The notes under the pieces were generated by a model that made no database searches, was not told the DNA's origin, and saw only the letters and a program-made list of their open reading frames with translations. The translations under genes and the position numbers were made by a program. A stretch of DNA of 27,615 bases, from positions 69,551-97,165 of IMG/VR virus record IMGVR_UViG_3300045996_003062. One strand, 5' to 3'. Of this stretch, positions 15,692-22,614 are shown in pieces (the stretch's first letter is position 1; the number at the start of each line of letters is the position of its first letter). Origin of the DNA: a virus. Its lineage: Duplodnaviria; Heunggongvirae; Uroviricota; Caudoviricetes.

Positions 15692-15979
15692 CTACGGGGT
15701 TCCCCCGCTCTGCTTCTTGGGGCGCCCACCGCGCGTCCGCCGCTTCTCGGGTGACTCGGCCGCCAGCGCCCTCGCTTCCTGGGCCAGCTCGCGCAACCGC
15801 TCGGCGTGACGCTCCAACGCCGCGGCCAGCTTGTCCACGCTGGCGCGGTCGGGCACGGGTGGGTTCCGCTCCATCCATGCGGTGACGGTCCGCCGGGAGA
15901 GACGGGTGAGGGACGCCAGCACGGTAACCGGCAGATGCGAGCGGCGGATGATGCTCCGGAGACGGCTGGTAGGTGACAT
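15692..15979 (-). CDS. XRE-like HTH regulator (95 aa), probably leaderless
   Basis: LPVTVLASLTRLSRRTVTAW helix-turn-helix; ATG exactly 6 nt after a -10 box; no RBS. Confidence 0.75.
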   Translation of the reverse strand: MSPTSRLRSIIRRSHLPVTVLASLTRLSRRTVTAWMERNPPVPDRASVDKLAAALERHAERLRELAQEARALAAESPEKRRTRGGRPKKQSGGTP

Positions 15980-15985
15980 GGGCGG

Positions 15986-16014
15986 AAGATACCCGGCCGG
16001 CGAAGCCGATTCAA
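15986..16014 (-). promoter_or_regulatory. Leftward promoter PL2
   Basis: Minus strand TTGAAT-N17-TATCTT-N6-ATG. Confidence 0.75.
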
Positions 16015-16018
16015 GCGG

Positions 16019-16047
16019 TTGAATCGCGGCGCTTGCGCGGTTATATT
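16019..16047 (+). promoter_or_regulatory. Rightward promoter PR2
   Basis: TTGAAT (16019-16024)-N17-TATATT (16042-16047); the two -35 boxes form CGATTCAA-GCGG-TTGAATCG. Confidence 0.8.
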
Positions 16048-16092
16048 TGATGCTCGAATGTGCGCAGCGAATACAGACGAGGGAGGCGGTGG

Positions 16093-16548
16093 ATGGACGC
16101 GACCGAATCGGTGAAGTCGGTGCTCTGGGATCTCGGCCAGTTTGAGGAGGCGGTGGGGTTGGACAACGGCCCGGGCGAGGACGTGCTACCCATTCGCGTG
16201 GAGCGCCTGCGGTGGCTTGCCGCGCTGGTCCGCCGCTTCGCTGGCGGCGACGCCCCGGCTGCGGAATGTGAGCCGAAGCCCACGCGCTATGCGCTCGGGG
16301 GCTTACTCGCGGAGACGCGGGGCCCGCGGTCGTGGGCAGAAGCCGAAGCGGGGGGTGCGGCCGAGACGTGGGCCGTTGTTGACTCTGTCCGCAACGTGTG
16401 GAACGAACGGGACGGCCTGTGGGAGTGGGAGCCTCAACCGTCCGACCGAACGGACGAGTTCCTGGCCCGCACGCGCTATCCGAAATCTGTGGCGGTGGCG
16501 ATCCTTCGGCGGCTCGCCACCGCCACGGCGGGGGTGCAGGATGGGTGA
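16093..16548 (+). CDS. Phage protein with WEWEPQPS-R-DEFL motif (151 aa)
   Basis: GGAGG RBS; WAV...DGLWEWEPQPSDRTDEFLARTRY is a recurrent phage motif (recalled). Confidence 0.8.
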   Translation: MDATESVKSVLWDLGQFEEAVGLDNGPGEDVLPIRVERLRWLAALVRRFAGGDAPAAECEPKPTRYALGGLLAETRGPRSWAEAEAGGAAETWAVVDSVRNVWNERDGLWEWEPQPSDRTDEFLARTRYPKSVAVAILRRLATATAGVQDG

Positions 16549-16759
16549 CGCGAGACCGGTGCCGGACTTCGACGCCGACGCGTTCATGGATGCATGGGAC
16601 GCGCGCAAGCGGCTGGAGATCAAGGCGGATAGCGCAGTTGCAAGAGCGGACGCGCTGTGCCGCAACGCCGCCGAGGAGATGCAGCGCGACTTCGACTGCC
16701 CGCTCGTCTTCGAGTGGCGCCTGGCCACGCCCCGCGCCGCAGAGGTGCCCCGTGGCTGA
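16541..16759 (+). CDS. Hypothetical protein (72 aa)
   Basis: 8-nt overlap with upstream stop; helical acidic sequence. Confidence 0.7.
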   Translation: MGDARPVPDFDADAFMDAWDARKRLEIKADSAVARADALCRNAAEEMQRDFDCPLVFEWRLATPRAAEVPRG

Positions 16760-17006
16760 GACGTCCACCCCGATCCCGGATCGCTACGTCGCATTTGGGA
16801 AGGCGGTTGCACGCCTGTGCCGCGACTTCGGCATGCAGGACTTCACGGGAACCGTCCGTCCTGGGTGGGACGACGACGAGTGGCGCGACCCCGTAACGTT
16901 CAACTGGAAGCAGGGCCGCCACGGCGAGGACAGCGACCAGCTACACATCGCCTCCACCCTGAACGTACGGACGACCATCGGGCCGAAGGAGGCGAACCAT
17001 GGCTGA
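16752..17006 (+). CDS. Hypothetical protein (84 aa)
   Basis: GAGG RBS; GTG overlaps upstream gene end; NWKQGRHGED motif. Confidence 0.75.
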   Translation: MAETSTPIPDRYVAFGKAVARLCRDFGMQDFTGTVRPGWDDDEWRDPVTFNWKQGRHGEDSDQLHIASTLNVRTTIGPKEANHG

Positions 17007-17463
17007 GACGCGCGCGACGACAGCGGCCCGACCCGCGGACGAGTGGAGCGACGACGACGGGCCCGTTCTCTGGTGGACGTTCCCGGTGGAGGAGCCCCCG
17101 TACGTGGGGACGCCCGGGGATAGCGGGTGGCCGGGTGACGGGGTGTTCACGCACTGGACACCGATCCCCGTGCCCGACGATCCCGAGGACGGACTCCGAC
17201 GGCTCACACGGTTCACCGACCGCGAGCGGGAAGCGCTTCGCGAATGGGTCTGGATCGGCATGCATGACCACGCGGGCGACCTCCGGCGGTGCATCGAGAT
17301 GACACGCTCTGGAATGCACCCGTCCCCGCAGGACTTGGACTTCTGGCTTGGCCGGGTGGAGACGCTGCTGAATGACATCCAGACCATCGGCGGGTTCGTA
17401 ACGCGGGCGTACGAGGCGAACGTGGACGTGCCCCTGCCGGGGGAGGTGACGACCGATGGCTGA
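16999..17463 (+). CDS. Phage protein with DDGPVLWW..P..EPPYVG...THWTP domain (154 aa)
   Basis: AAGGAGG RBS; recurrent phage domain recalled as DUF551-like. Confidence 0.8.
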   Translation: MAETRATTAARPADEWSDDDGPVLWWTFPVEEPPYVGTPGDSGWPGDGVFTHWTPIPVPDDPEDGLRRLTRFTDREREALREWVWIGMHDHAGDLRRCIEMTRSGMHPSPQDLDFWLGRVETLLNDIQTIGGFVTRAYEANVDVPLPGEVTTDG

Positions 17464-18085
17464 CTCCTCTACACCCCAGGGCGGGGAGACGCCCGCGGCG
17501 ATGGAGCCGCTGTCACCGAACCGCTGCACCGCGTGCTGCAAGATTCCGACGGTGCAGGCCGCGCGTGCGGCAGCGGACCGCGGATCGTGGGTGGCGTGGT
17601 GTGAACATGGGACGGCGGCGTCCGTCTCCGGCCCGACCCGCAAGGAATGTGTTGCCGCATGGAACGCGCTGAACCCCAAGGAGCGGAAGGGGTTCGGTGT
17701 CTACGTGGCGAGCCGGACGAAGCACGCCGCCGAGTGGCGCGGCCTTCGGGCGAACGGCGTCCCCATCGTCTCTACCTGGATAGACGAGGCCGGTCCCGGG
17801 GAGAGCCCCGACCTTGTGGACCTGTGGCGTCGGTGTGAGCGAGAGGTGCGCAACGCCGCGTGCGTGGTCCTCCTGTACGACGAGGGGATGGAAGGCGCGT
17901 TAGTGGAGGCGGGGATCGCCATTGCCAGCGGCGTGCCGGTCTTCGTGGTGGGCGAGCCGAAGCGGACCGGGTTCAAGAACCATCCAGGCGTCCTTCACGC
18001 CGACACGCTGGACGACGCCTTCGGCTTCGCGTACGACGTGTGCGGCGGATGGCGCGACGACACGCCCGCGGAGCCCGCCCCGTGA
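17456..18085 (+). CDS. Lar-like zinc finger fused to a nucleoside 2-deoxyribosyltransferase-like domain (209 aa)
   Basis: N-terminal CTAC...WC...ECVAAWN; C-terminal VYVAS...WID...C.REV..A..VVL...GALVEAGIAIA.G.PVFVVG. Confidence 0.8.
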   Translation: MADSSTPQGGETPAAMEPLSPNRCTACCKIPTVQAARAAADRGSWVAWCEHGTAASVSGPTRKECVAAWNALNPKERKGFGVYVASRTKHAAEWRGLRANGVPIVSTWIDEAGPGESPDLVDLWRRCEREVRNAACVVLLYDEGMEGALVEAGIAIASGVPVFVVGEPKRTGFKNHPGVLHADTLDDAFGFAYDVCGGWRDDTPAEPAP

Positions 18086-18390
18086 AGGTCCGCGACCCCG
18101 CCTCCCTCGCCGCAGACTCCCGCCTCTCCCGCATGGAGAGGATCGAGCGGGCGTTGACCCTGACGGTGGAGCCGGGGCTGAACGGCGGCTTCCTCGTCTC
18201 AGGTGGAGCGGAGCCCCACTGGGTGAACCTCCGTGACCACTCCGTCCCAGCCTGCGACTGCGGAGACTACGTGTGGAGAGGGGGAGTCTGTGCCCACATC
18301 GCAGCAGCGATGATGCGAGAGGGAGCGACGGTGAAGCAGGTGGTGGAGGCGATGAAGCGCGAGTCCACAGCAGAGAGGAGGGCGGGGTGA
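18082..18390 (+). CDS. SWIM zinc-finger protein (102 aa)
   Basis: CDC-x9-CAH preceded by beta strands FLVSG..HWVNL; GTGA coupling. Confidence 0.85.
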   Translation: MKVRDPASLAADSRLSRMERIERALTLTVEPGLNGGFLVSGGAEPHWVNLRDHSVPACDCGDYVWRGGVCAHIAAAMMREGATVKQVVEAMKRESTAERRAG

Positions 18391-18773
18391 ACGAGGACGA
18401 GGCCGAGCGGGAGATCAACCGTCTCGCGGCGCTGGAGTACGACTGGGATGGCGATGGTGCGGAACCTCCGGACGAACGCGCGCTGGTGTACACGCGACAG
18501 GCCGTGCGCTACGCCTTTCGCATCGGCTTCGCTCCATCCGGGATGATGAGCGCCTATAGCGAGGGCGGAGTGAGCGTGTCGTTCGCACGGCCGGGTATCA
18601 CGGCGCGGCTGGGAATCCTGAACGAGGGTGCTGTCCACACCACGGCGGCCGCGGGTCGGGGAAAGGCTGACATACGCGAGCACCCGCTGACGCCTTCCGC
18701 GATAAAGGATGCGGTGGCGCTTCTCCAGGCGTTTGCCGTGGCAGCATCCCCCCTCGCGGCGGACGCGCGATGA
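18387..18773 (+). CDS. Hypothetical protein, L..L..DWDGxGA.PP family (128 aa)
   Basis: GAGGAGG RBS; LAALEYDWDGDGAEPP...EGGVSVSF. Confidence 0.8.
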   Translation: MNEDEAEREINRLAALEYDWDGDGAEPPDERALVYTRQAVRYAFRIGFAPSGMMSAYSEGGVSVSFARPGITARLGILNEGAVHTTAAAGRGKADIREHPLTPSAIKDAVALLQAFAVAASPLAADAR

Positions 18774-18922
18774 GCATCTGGGACGACTGGGTTCTCATCG
18801 TGGGAGCGGCGACGGCGTGTGGCGCTGGCGTCGCGTCCGTCCTGGAGATCGCGAGGATCATCCGGGCATCACGCTGGTGGAGGCGGAGGAAGCGCAGGAC
18901 GGATCGCGGCCCGATGGTGTAG
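18770..18922 (+). CDS. 50-aa single-TM peptide with basic tail (not in ORF track)
   Basis: ATGA coupling; MSIWDDWVLIVGAATACGAGVASVLEIARIIRASRWWRRRKRRTDRGPMV*. Confidence 0.6.
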   Translation: MSIWDDWVLIVGAATACGAGVASVLEIARIIRASRWWRRRKRRTDRGPMV

Positions 18923-18995
18923 CGTGGGCACACCCGCAAAGCGGCGGGAGGGGCCGGTTCGTCCGGCACGGGCAACCTACTGGAGGGAGAGGGCG

Positions 18996-19460
18996 ATGCC
19001 ATCTGAGATCAAGCCTGCGCTTACCCCTGAGCAGTGGAAGCAGGGCGTCGGACACTATGACGACGAGCCGTTTCCGAAGGGTGTGGTGCTGGACACCACA
19101 CCGGTCCGGGTGACGGCATGCCCCGCGCTGGGAGAGGTTCACGTCTCCATTGAGTGGGTAGACGAACCCGCAGCGCACGCGCACCTAGACCGCGACGACG
19201 GCCACCCGATGGCCGCCCTCTGCCTGTGGAATCGACGCTTCGGCTTCCAGTGGCCGGACGTGGACATGCTTCTCTCGCTCGCGGGAGAGCGCGATGCCAC
19301 CGCAGACGAGCGGACGCGCCTGAGAAGTCTGGCGGACCGGATCGCTGCGCTGCTTCCGCCGCGGGAGTACGGGCGCTTCGGCGGGTGGCTGGTGGATACG
19401 CCGGAACTGTGGGCTGGTTTGCAGGCGGAGCGCGCCGCGCGTGGGCTGCCGCCCCTATGA
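18996..19460 (+). CDS. Hypothetical protein (154 aa)
   Basis: GGAGGGAGAGG RBS; HPMAALCL...FGF...LADRIAALLPP. Confidence 0.8.
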   Translation: MPSEIKPALTPEQWKQGVGHYDDEPFPKGVVLDTTPVRVTACPALGEVHVSIEWVDEPAAHAHLDRDDGHPMAALCLWNRRFGFQWPDVDMLLSLAGERDATADERTRLRSLADRIAALLPPREYGRFGGWLVDTPELWAGLQAERAARGLPPL

Positions 19461-20041
19461 GTGCTTGCTCTAGGGCGCTTCCACCGCTCCCCGTCCTCCC
19501 TCCCGGTCTCGTCCTGGGAGGCACAGGCCACCGTCCCCACCGGATCATCGGACCCGATGGAGCGAACGGCTACCACGCCGCGACGAAGGCCCTGCTCTAC
19601 CGGTTCGCGGTGGACGTGGTGCGCCACTACCAGCCACGCCGGGGGAAGGTCGGGATGGCGCAGGGATGGGACATGGCGCTCGGATGGGCGTGCGTCGAGC
19701 TGGGCGTGCCGTTCGACGCGCTGGTCCCCTTCCCCGGTCAGGAGTCGCGCTGGCCCAAGCCCGCCCAAGAGGAGTATCGCTCGCTCCTCTCGTACGCCGA
19801 AGAGGTTGTCGTCGTGTACCGCGGGCGGATCTCGGACGCCGCCATCCGCCGGGCCCTGCTCCTCCGCAACGAGCGGATCAACGACGACTCGGAAGGGCTG
19901 CTGGCGCTGTACGACGGAGGAGAGGACGGAGGGACGGCGCTCTGCGTACGGGACGGAGAGGCGAAGCACGGGAGGATCGCCAACGTGTGGGACCGGTGGG
20001 TCGCGAGGGTGGAGCGGGAACAGCTACGGAGGGCAGCGTGA
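19457..20041 (+). CDS. YspA/YpsA (DUF1273) SLOG-family protein (194 aa)
   Basis: GGTGHRP, GMAQGWD, VPFPGQESRWP..AQEEY..LL, RNE, LALYDG...GGT are diagnostic motifs. Confidence 0.9.
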   Translation: MSACSRALPPLPVLPPGLVLGGTGHRPHRIIGPDGANGYHAATKALLYRFAVDVVRHYQPRRGKVGMAQGWDMALGWACVELGVPFDALVPFPGQESRWPKPAQEEYRSLLSYAEEVVVVYRGRISDAAIRRALLLRNERINDDSEGLLALYDGGEDGGTALCVRDGEAKHGRIANVWDRWVARVEREQLRRAA

Positions 20042-20226
20042 ACCGAGAGGCGGCGTTGATTCTGGCGAACTGGCGGCGGACCGAGACGCCCCACGGGGCG
20101 ATGCTGGACGAGATGCTGGCGCGCCTGAACCGGCAGGCGGAGGAGACGGTTGGCGCACTGTGGCCGCGGGCGCGTGCCATCCGTCCCGGTCTTTTGCTCC
20201 ACCGCCGCGGGAAGGATGACGCGTGA
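20038..20226 (+). CDS. Hypothetical protein (62 aa)
   Basis: GTGA coupling on both sides; GGAGGG RBS. Confidence 0.65.
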   Translation: MNREAALILANWRRTETPHGAMLDEMLARLNRQAEETVGALWPRARAIRPGLLLHRRGKDDA

Positions 20227-21725
20227 CAACACGATCCGTCGGGAAGGCGACGACGCTACACCTCGGGGACTGCCGCGACGTCCTCCGCTCCATGCCAGAC
20301 AACAGCGTGGACGCGGTGGTGACGGATCCGCCCTACGGCCTCAACTCCGAACTTTCCCCCAAGGAGCTGGCGGGGATGCTCGCCGCGTGGTCTGCGGGGG
20401 AGCCCTGGCAGCGAAAGGGCGGCGGGTTCATGGGACGGGAGTGGGATTCGAGCGTCCCCGGCCCCGACGTCTGGCGCGAGGTGTTCCGGGTGTTGAAGCC
20501 CGGCGGCCACGCCCTCGTCTTCGCGGGGACGCGGACCTACGACTTGATGGTGCTGGCGCTACGGCTGGCGGGGTTTGAATGTCGCGACTGCCTGGCCTAC
20601 CACTTCGCTTCGGGATTCCCGAAATCGCTGGACGTGAGCGCCGCGCTGGACCGGAGGGCAGGTGCGAAGCGGGAGGTCGTTGGGCCGAATCCTACATGGC
20701 GGGATGCGAAGCGCGACAACCGCATCATGCGCCCCGTTTCCGGTGATGGGGCGAAATGGATCACGGCGCCCGCATCCGAGTCCGCCCGCCAGTGGGAAGG
20801 ATTTGGGACGTCTCTCAAGCCCGCCTTTGAGCCCATCGCCCTCGTACGGAAGCCACTGGCGGGAACGGTTGCTGAGAACGTCCTGTCCTACGGAACAGGA
20901 GCGCTGAACATCGGAGGATGCAGGATCGGAACTACGAAGGATGTGCCTGCGTCGCCAGCCAAGGCGCGCATCAACATCGCCAAGGGGGCCGAGCGCGACC
21001 GTGCGGCGGACACCTCCGGTTACAACCCGGACGTCGGCCGCTGGCCTGCCAATGTCCTGCTGGGAGACTCTGAGGTAGCGGAGATGCTGGATGCGCAGGC
21101 GGGGGAACGGCCTGGGGTGGGCAAGCCTCGCGTGCTACGCCGCGGACACAGTACCTCCAGCGGAATCGGCTACGGCTCCACTGCGGAGGGCGGCGCGGCA
21201 CCCGTAGGATTTCAAGACTCAAGCACGAACGCATCCCGGTTCTTCTTCACGGCGAAGCCCGCGAAGCGGGAGCGTCACCTCGGATGCCGTGACCTGTACT
21301 GGCGCCGAGATAAGTCGTCACCGACGGGCGTGGTCCGCGTATCCCGCGAGGAGTGGGAAGCTCTGCCGGAAGCGGAGCAGGCGCACGGGAATATCCACCC
21401 CACCGTGAAGCCGCTGTCCGCGATGCGGTGGCTGGTCCGCCTCGTCACCCCACCGGGCGGGACGGTGCTGGACCCGTTCGTGGGAAGCGGCACGACGGCG
21501 ATGGCGTGCGAGGCGGAAGGGTTCGAGTGCGTGGCCGTGGACCTGTACGCCGACCACCTGGACGTGGCGGCCTGCCGGATCGGTTCGGTGCACGAGCTGG
21601 GGGAGAAGCGACCCCCGATTGCGAAGGCCAAGCGCGAGGTCGCGCCGCCGCCCACACCAACCGTGCCGCGGCCGGACGTGGCCCCTCGCGTGCTCGACCT
21701 GTTCAGTATGGACGAAGCGGCGTGA
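20223..21725 (+). CDS. DNA N6-adenine/N4-cytosine methyltransferase, beta group (500 aa)
   Basis: GDC..VL, VTDPPY (motif IV) N-terminal; HPTVKP and LDPFVGSGTT (motif I) C-terminal. Confidence 0.95.
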   Translation: MTTRSVGKATTLHLGDCRDVLRSMPDNSVDAVVTDPPYGLNSELSPKELAGMLAAWSAGEPWQRKGGGFMGREWDSSVPGPDVWREVFRVLKPGGHALVFAGTRTYDLMVLALRLAGFECRDCLAYHFASGFPKSLDVSAALDRRAGAKREVVGPNPTWRDAKRDNRIMRPVSGDGAKWITAPASESARQWEGFGTSLKPAFEPIALVRKPLAGTVAENVLSYGTGALNIGGCRIGTTKDVPASPAKARINIAKGAERDRAADTSGYNPDVGRWPANVLLGDSEVAEMLDAQAGERPGVGKPRVLRRGHSTSSGIGYGSTAEGGAAPVGFQDSSTNASRFFFTAKPAKRERHLGCRDLYWRRDKSSPTGVVRVSREEWEALPEAEQAHGNIHPTVKPLSAMRWLVRLVTPPGGTVLDPFVGSGTTAMACEAEGFECVAVDLYADHLDVAACRIGSVHELGEKRPPIAKAKREVAPPPTPTVPRPDVAPRVLDLFSMDEAA

Positions 21726-21741
21726 CTGGCAGGTCGCCCCC

Positions 21742-21770
21742 TTCCTCCGCACCTGTGTTCGGCTTATCTT
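21742..21770 (+). promoter_or_regulatory. Candidate promoter for the ncRNA
   Basis: TTCCTC-N17-TATCTT; the -10 is identical to that of PL2, the -35 is weak; predicted +1 near 21777 coincides with the first base of a long hairpin. Confidence 0.4.
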
Positions 21771-21776
21771 TGGTGC

Positions 21777-22500
21777 GCGGGACTCGCACCGGCATCAGCG
21801 CCGGAGAGCGCGGTCCTGCTTGGCTGGACTGGTGCCGCCGGTCTCCGAACTCCGCAACGTGCTTGCGGGTGCCGTCTCTCAGGAGACGGATAGGAACCGG
21901 GGCGCTTCCGGGTCTGAGGCCGGCCCCTGCCGGATAGGACTCACGTCGCCCCTTCGGGGGGCTTTCGCTGGGTGGGGGGATCGCGAGCGCGTGCGCAAGC
22001 GAGACGAGGACGGAAAGGGCCTGTGCACGCTCAGGTTCCCACCTGGGCGGCGGGGGATGGCGGACGCGCTTCAGCGCTGCCGCTGGCTACGGGGCCGGGC
22101 CGGGGACCGATTCGGCAAGCCCAAGGTGATACCGGCGCAGGGTTGCCGGAGAGAGGGTGCGAATCCCTCCCCCGTACCTGAGTCTGAGACGGCGCCAGTC
22201 GCCGGGGTAGGACTCACCCGGGCACGCTTCGGCGGAGCCCTCTGTGGCAGGAACGGCGGTTCAGGACTGGGCTTACCCGGTCGCCGCTGAAGGTGTGGGC
22301 GGGACGCCGCCCGTGCCGACCTCTCGCTGGTGGTGGAATGGGGATTCCCGTTCGCGGCGAGAGCGGCCACGTCGTGAGGACGTCGCCAGTACCCGGATGG
22401 AGCTCCGCGCCGTTTACAGGGCTGGGGCGCCATCCCACGCGGAACGGCCACGCGCCGGCCGCTGATCCTACGGCCGTCTCCTCACGGGGGCGGCCGTAGT
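21777..22500 (+). ncRNA. Putative giant structured ncRNA (~725 nt), unassigned
   Basis: No coupled or RBS-bearing ORF; more than 12 hairpins with UUCG and GNRA loops; long-range helix 21822-21845/22186-22203; G-T wobbles favour the + strand; ends in a 14-bp hairpin. Confidence 0.65.
22088..22177 (+). other. tRNA-like cloverleaf inside the putative ncRNA
   Basis: 7-bp acceptor-like stem TACGGGG/CCCCGTA, T-arm GAGGG-TGCGAAT-CCCTC, GGGC/GCCC arm, CCGGC/GCCGG arm with 8-nt loop; no CCA and no canonical anticodon loop. Confidence 0.5.
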
Positions 22501-22507
22501 TGCGTTA
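22468..22507 (+). terminator. Terminal hairpin, probable intrinsic terminator
   Basis: CTACGGCCGTCTCC-TCAC-GGGGGCGGCCGTAG (14 bp, two G-T pairs) followed by TTGCGTT; sits at a convergent junction. Confidence 0.6.
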
Positions 22508-22614
22508 CAGAGTAAGCGCTTGAGACATAGCAGGTTGCGCGTCGCGAATCACATGCCCGTCACATTAGCAAGCGCCCCCGGTTCCATCGTGGACCCGCAG
22601 ACGTGTTGCTACGC

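Noticed and set aside
22088-22177. Functional tRNA or tmRNA gene
   Set aside because: Oversized D-loop, 8-nt anticodon-position loop, TGC instead of TTC in the T-loop, no CCA and no tmRNA tag frame; reported only as tRNA-like.
21912-22213. Hammerhead ribozyme from CTGAG motifs
   Set aside because: No CUGANGA core paired with a correctly placed GAAA.
21773-22290. Group II intron (GTGCG at 21773; GAGCC...GGTTC near 22236-22262 resembling domain V)
   Set aside because: The domain V candidate is too short and lacks the extended stem and GNRA cap; no bulged-A domain VI, no RT ORF and no interrupted gene. Not excluded without a covariance-model search.
21619-22499. ORFs 21619..22290, 21972..22181, 22071..22451, 22244..22465 and 22293..22499
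   Set aside because: No RBS or translational coupling, Arg/Gly/Pro-rich shadow composition and no motifs.
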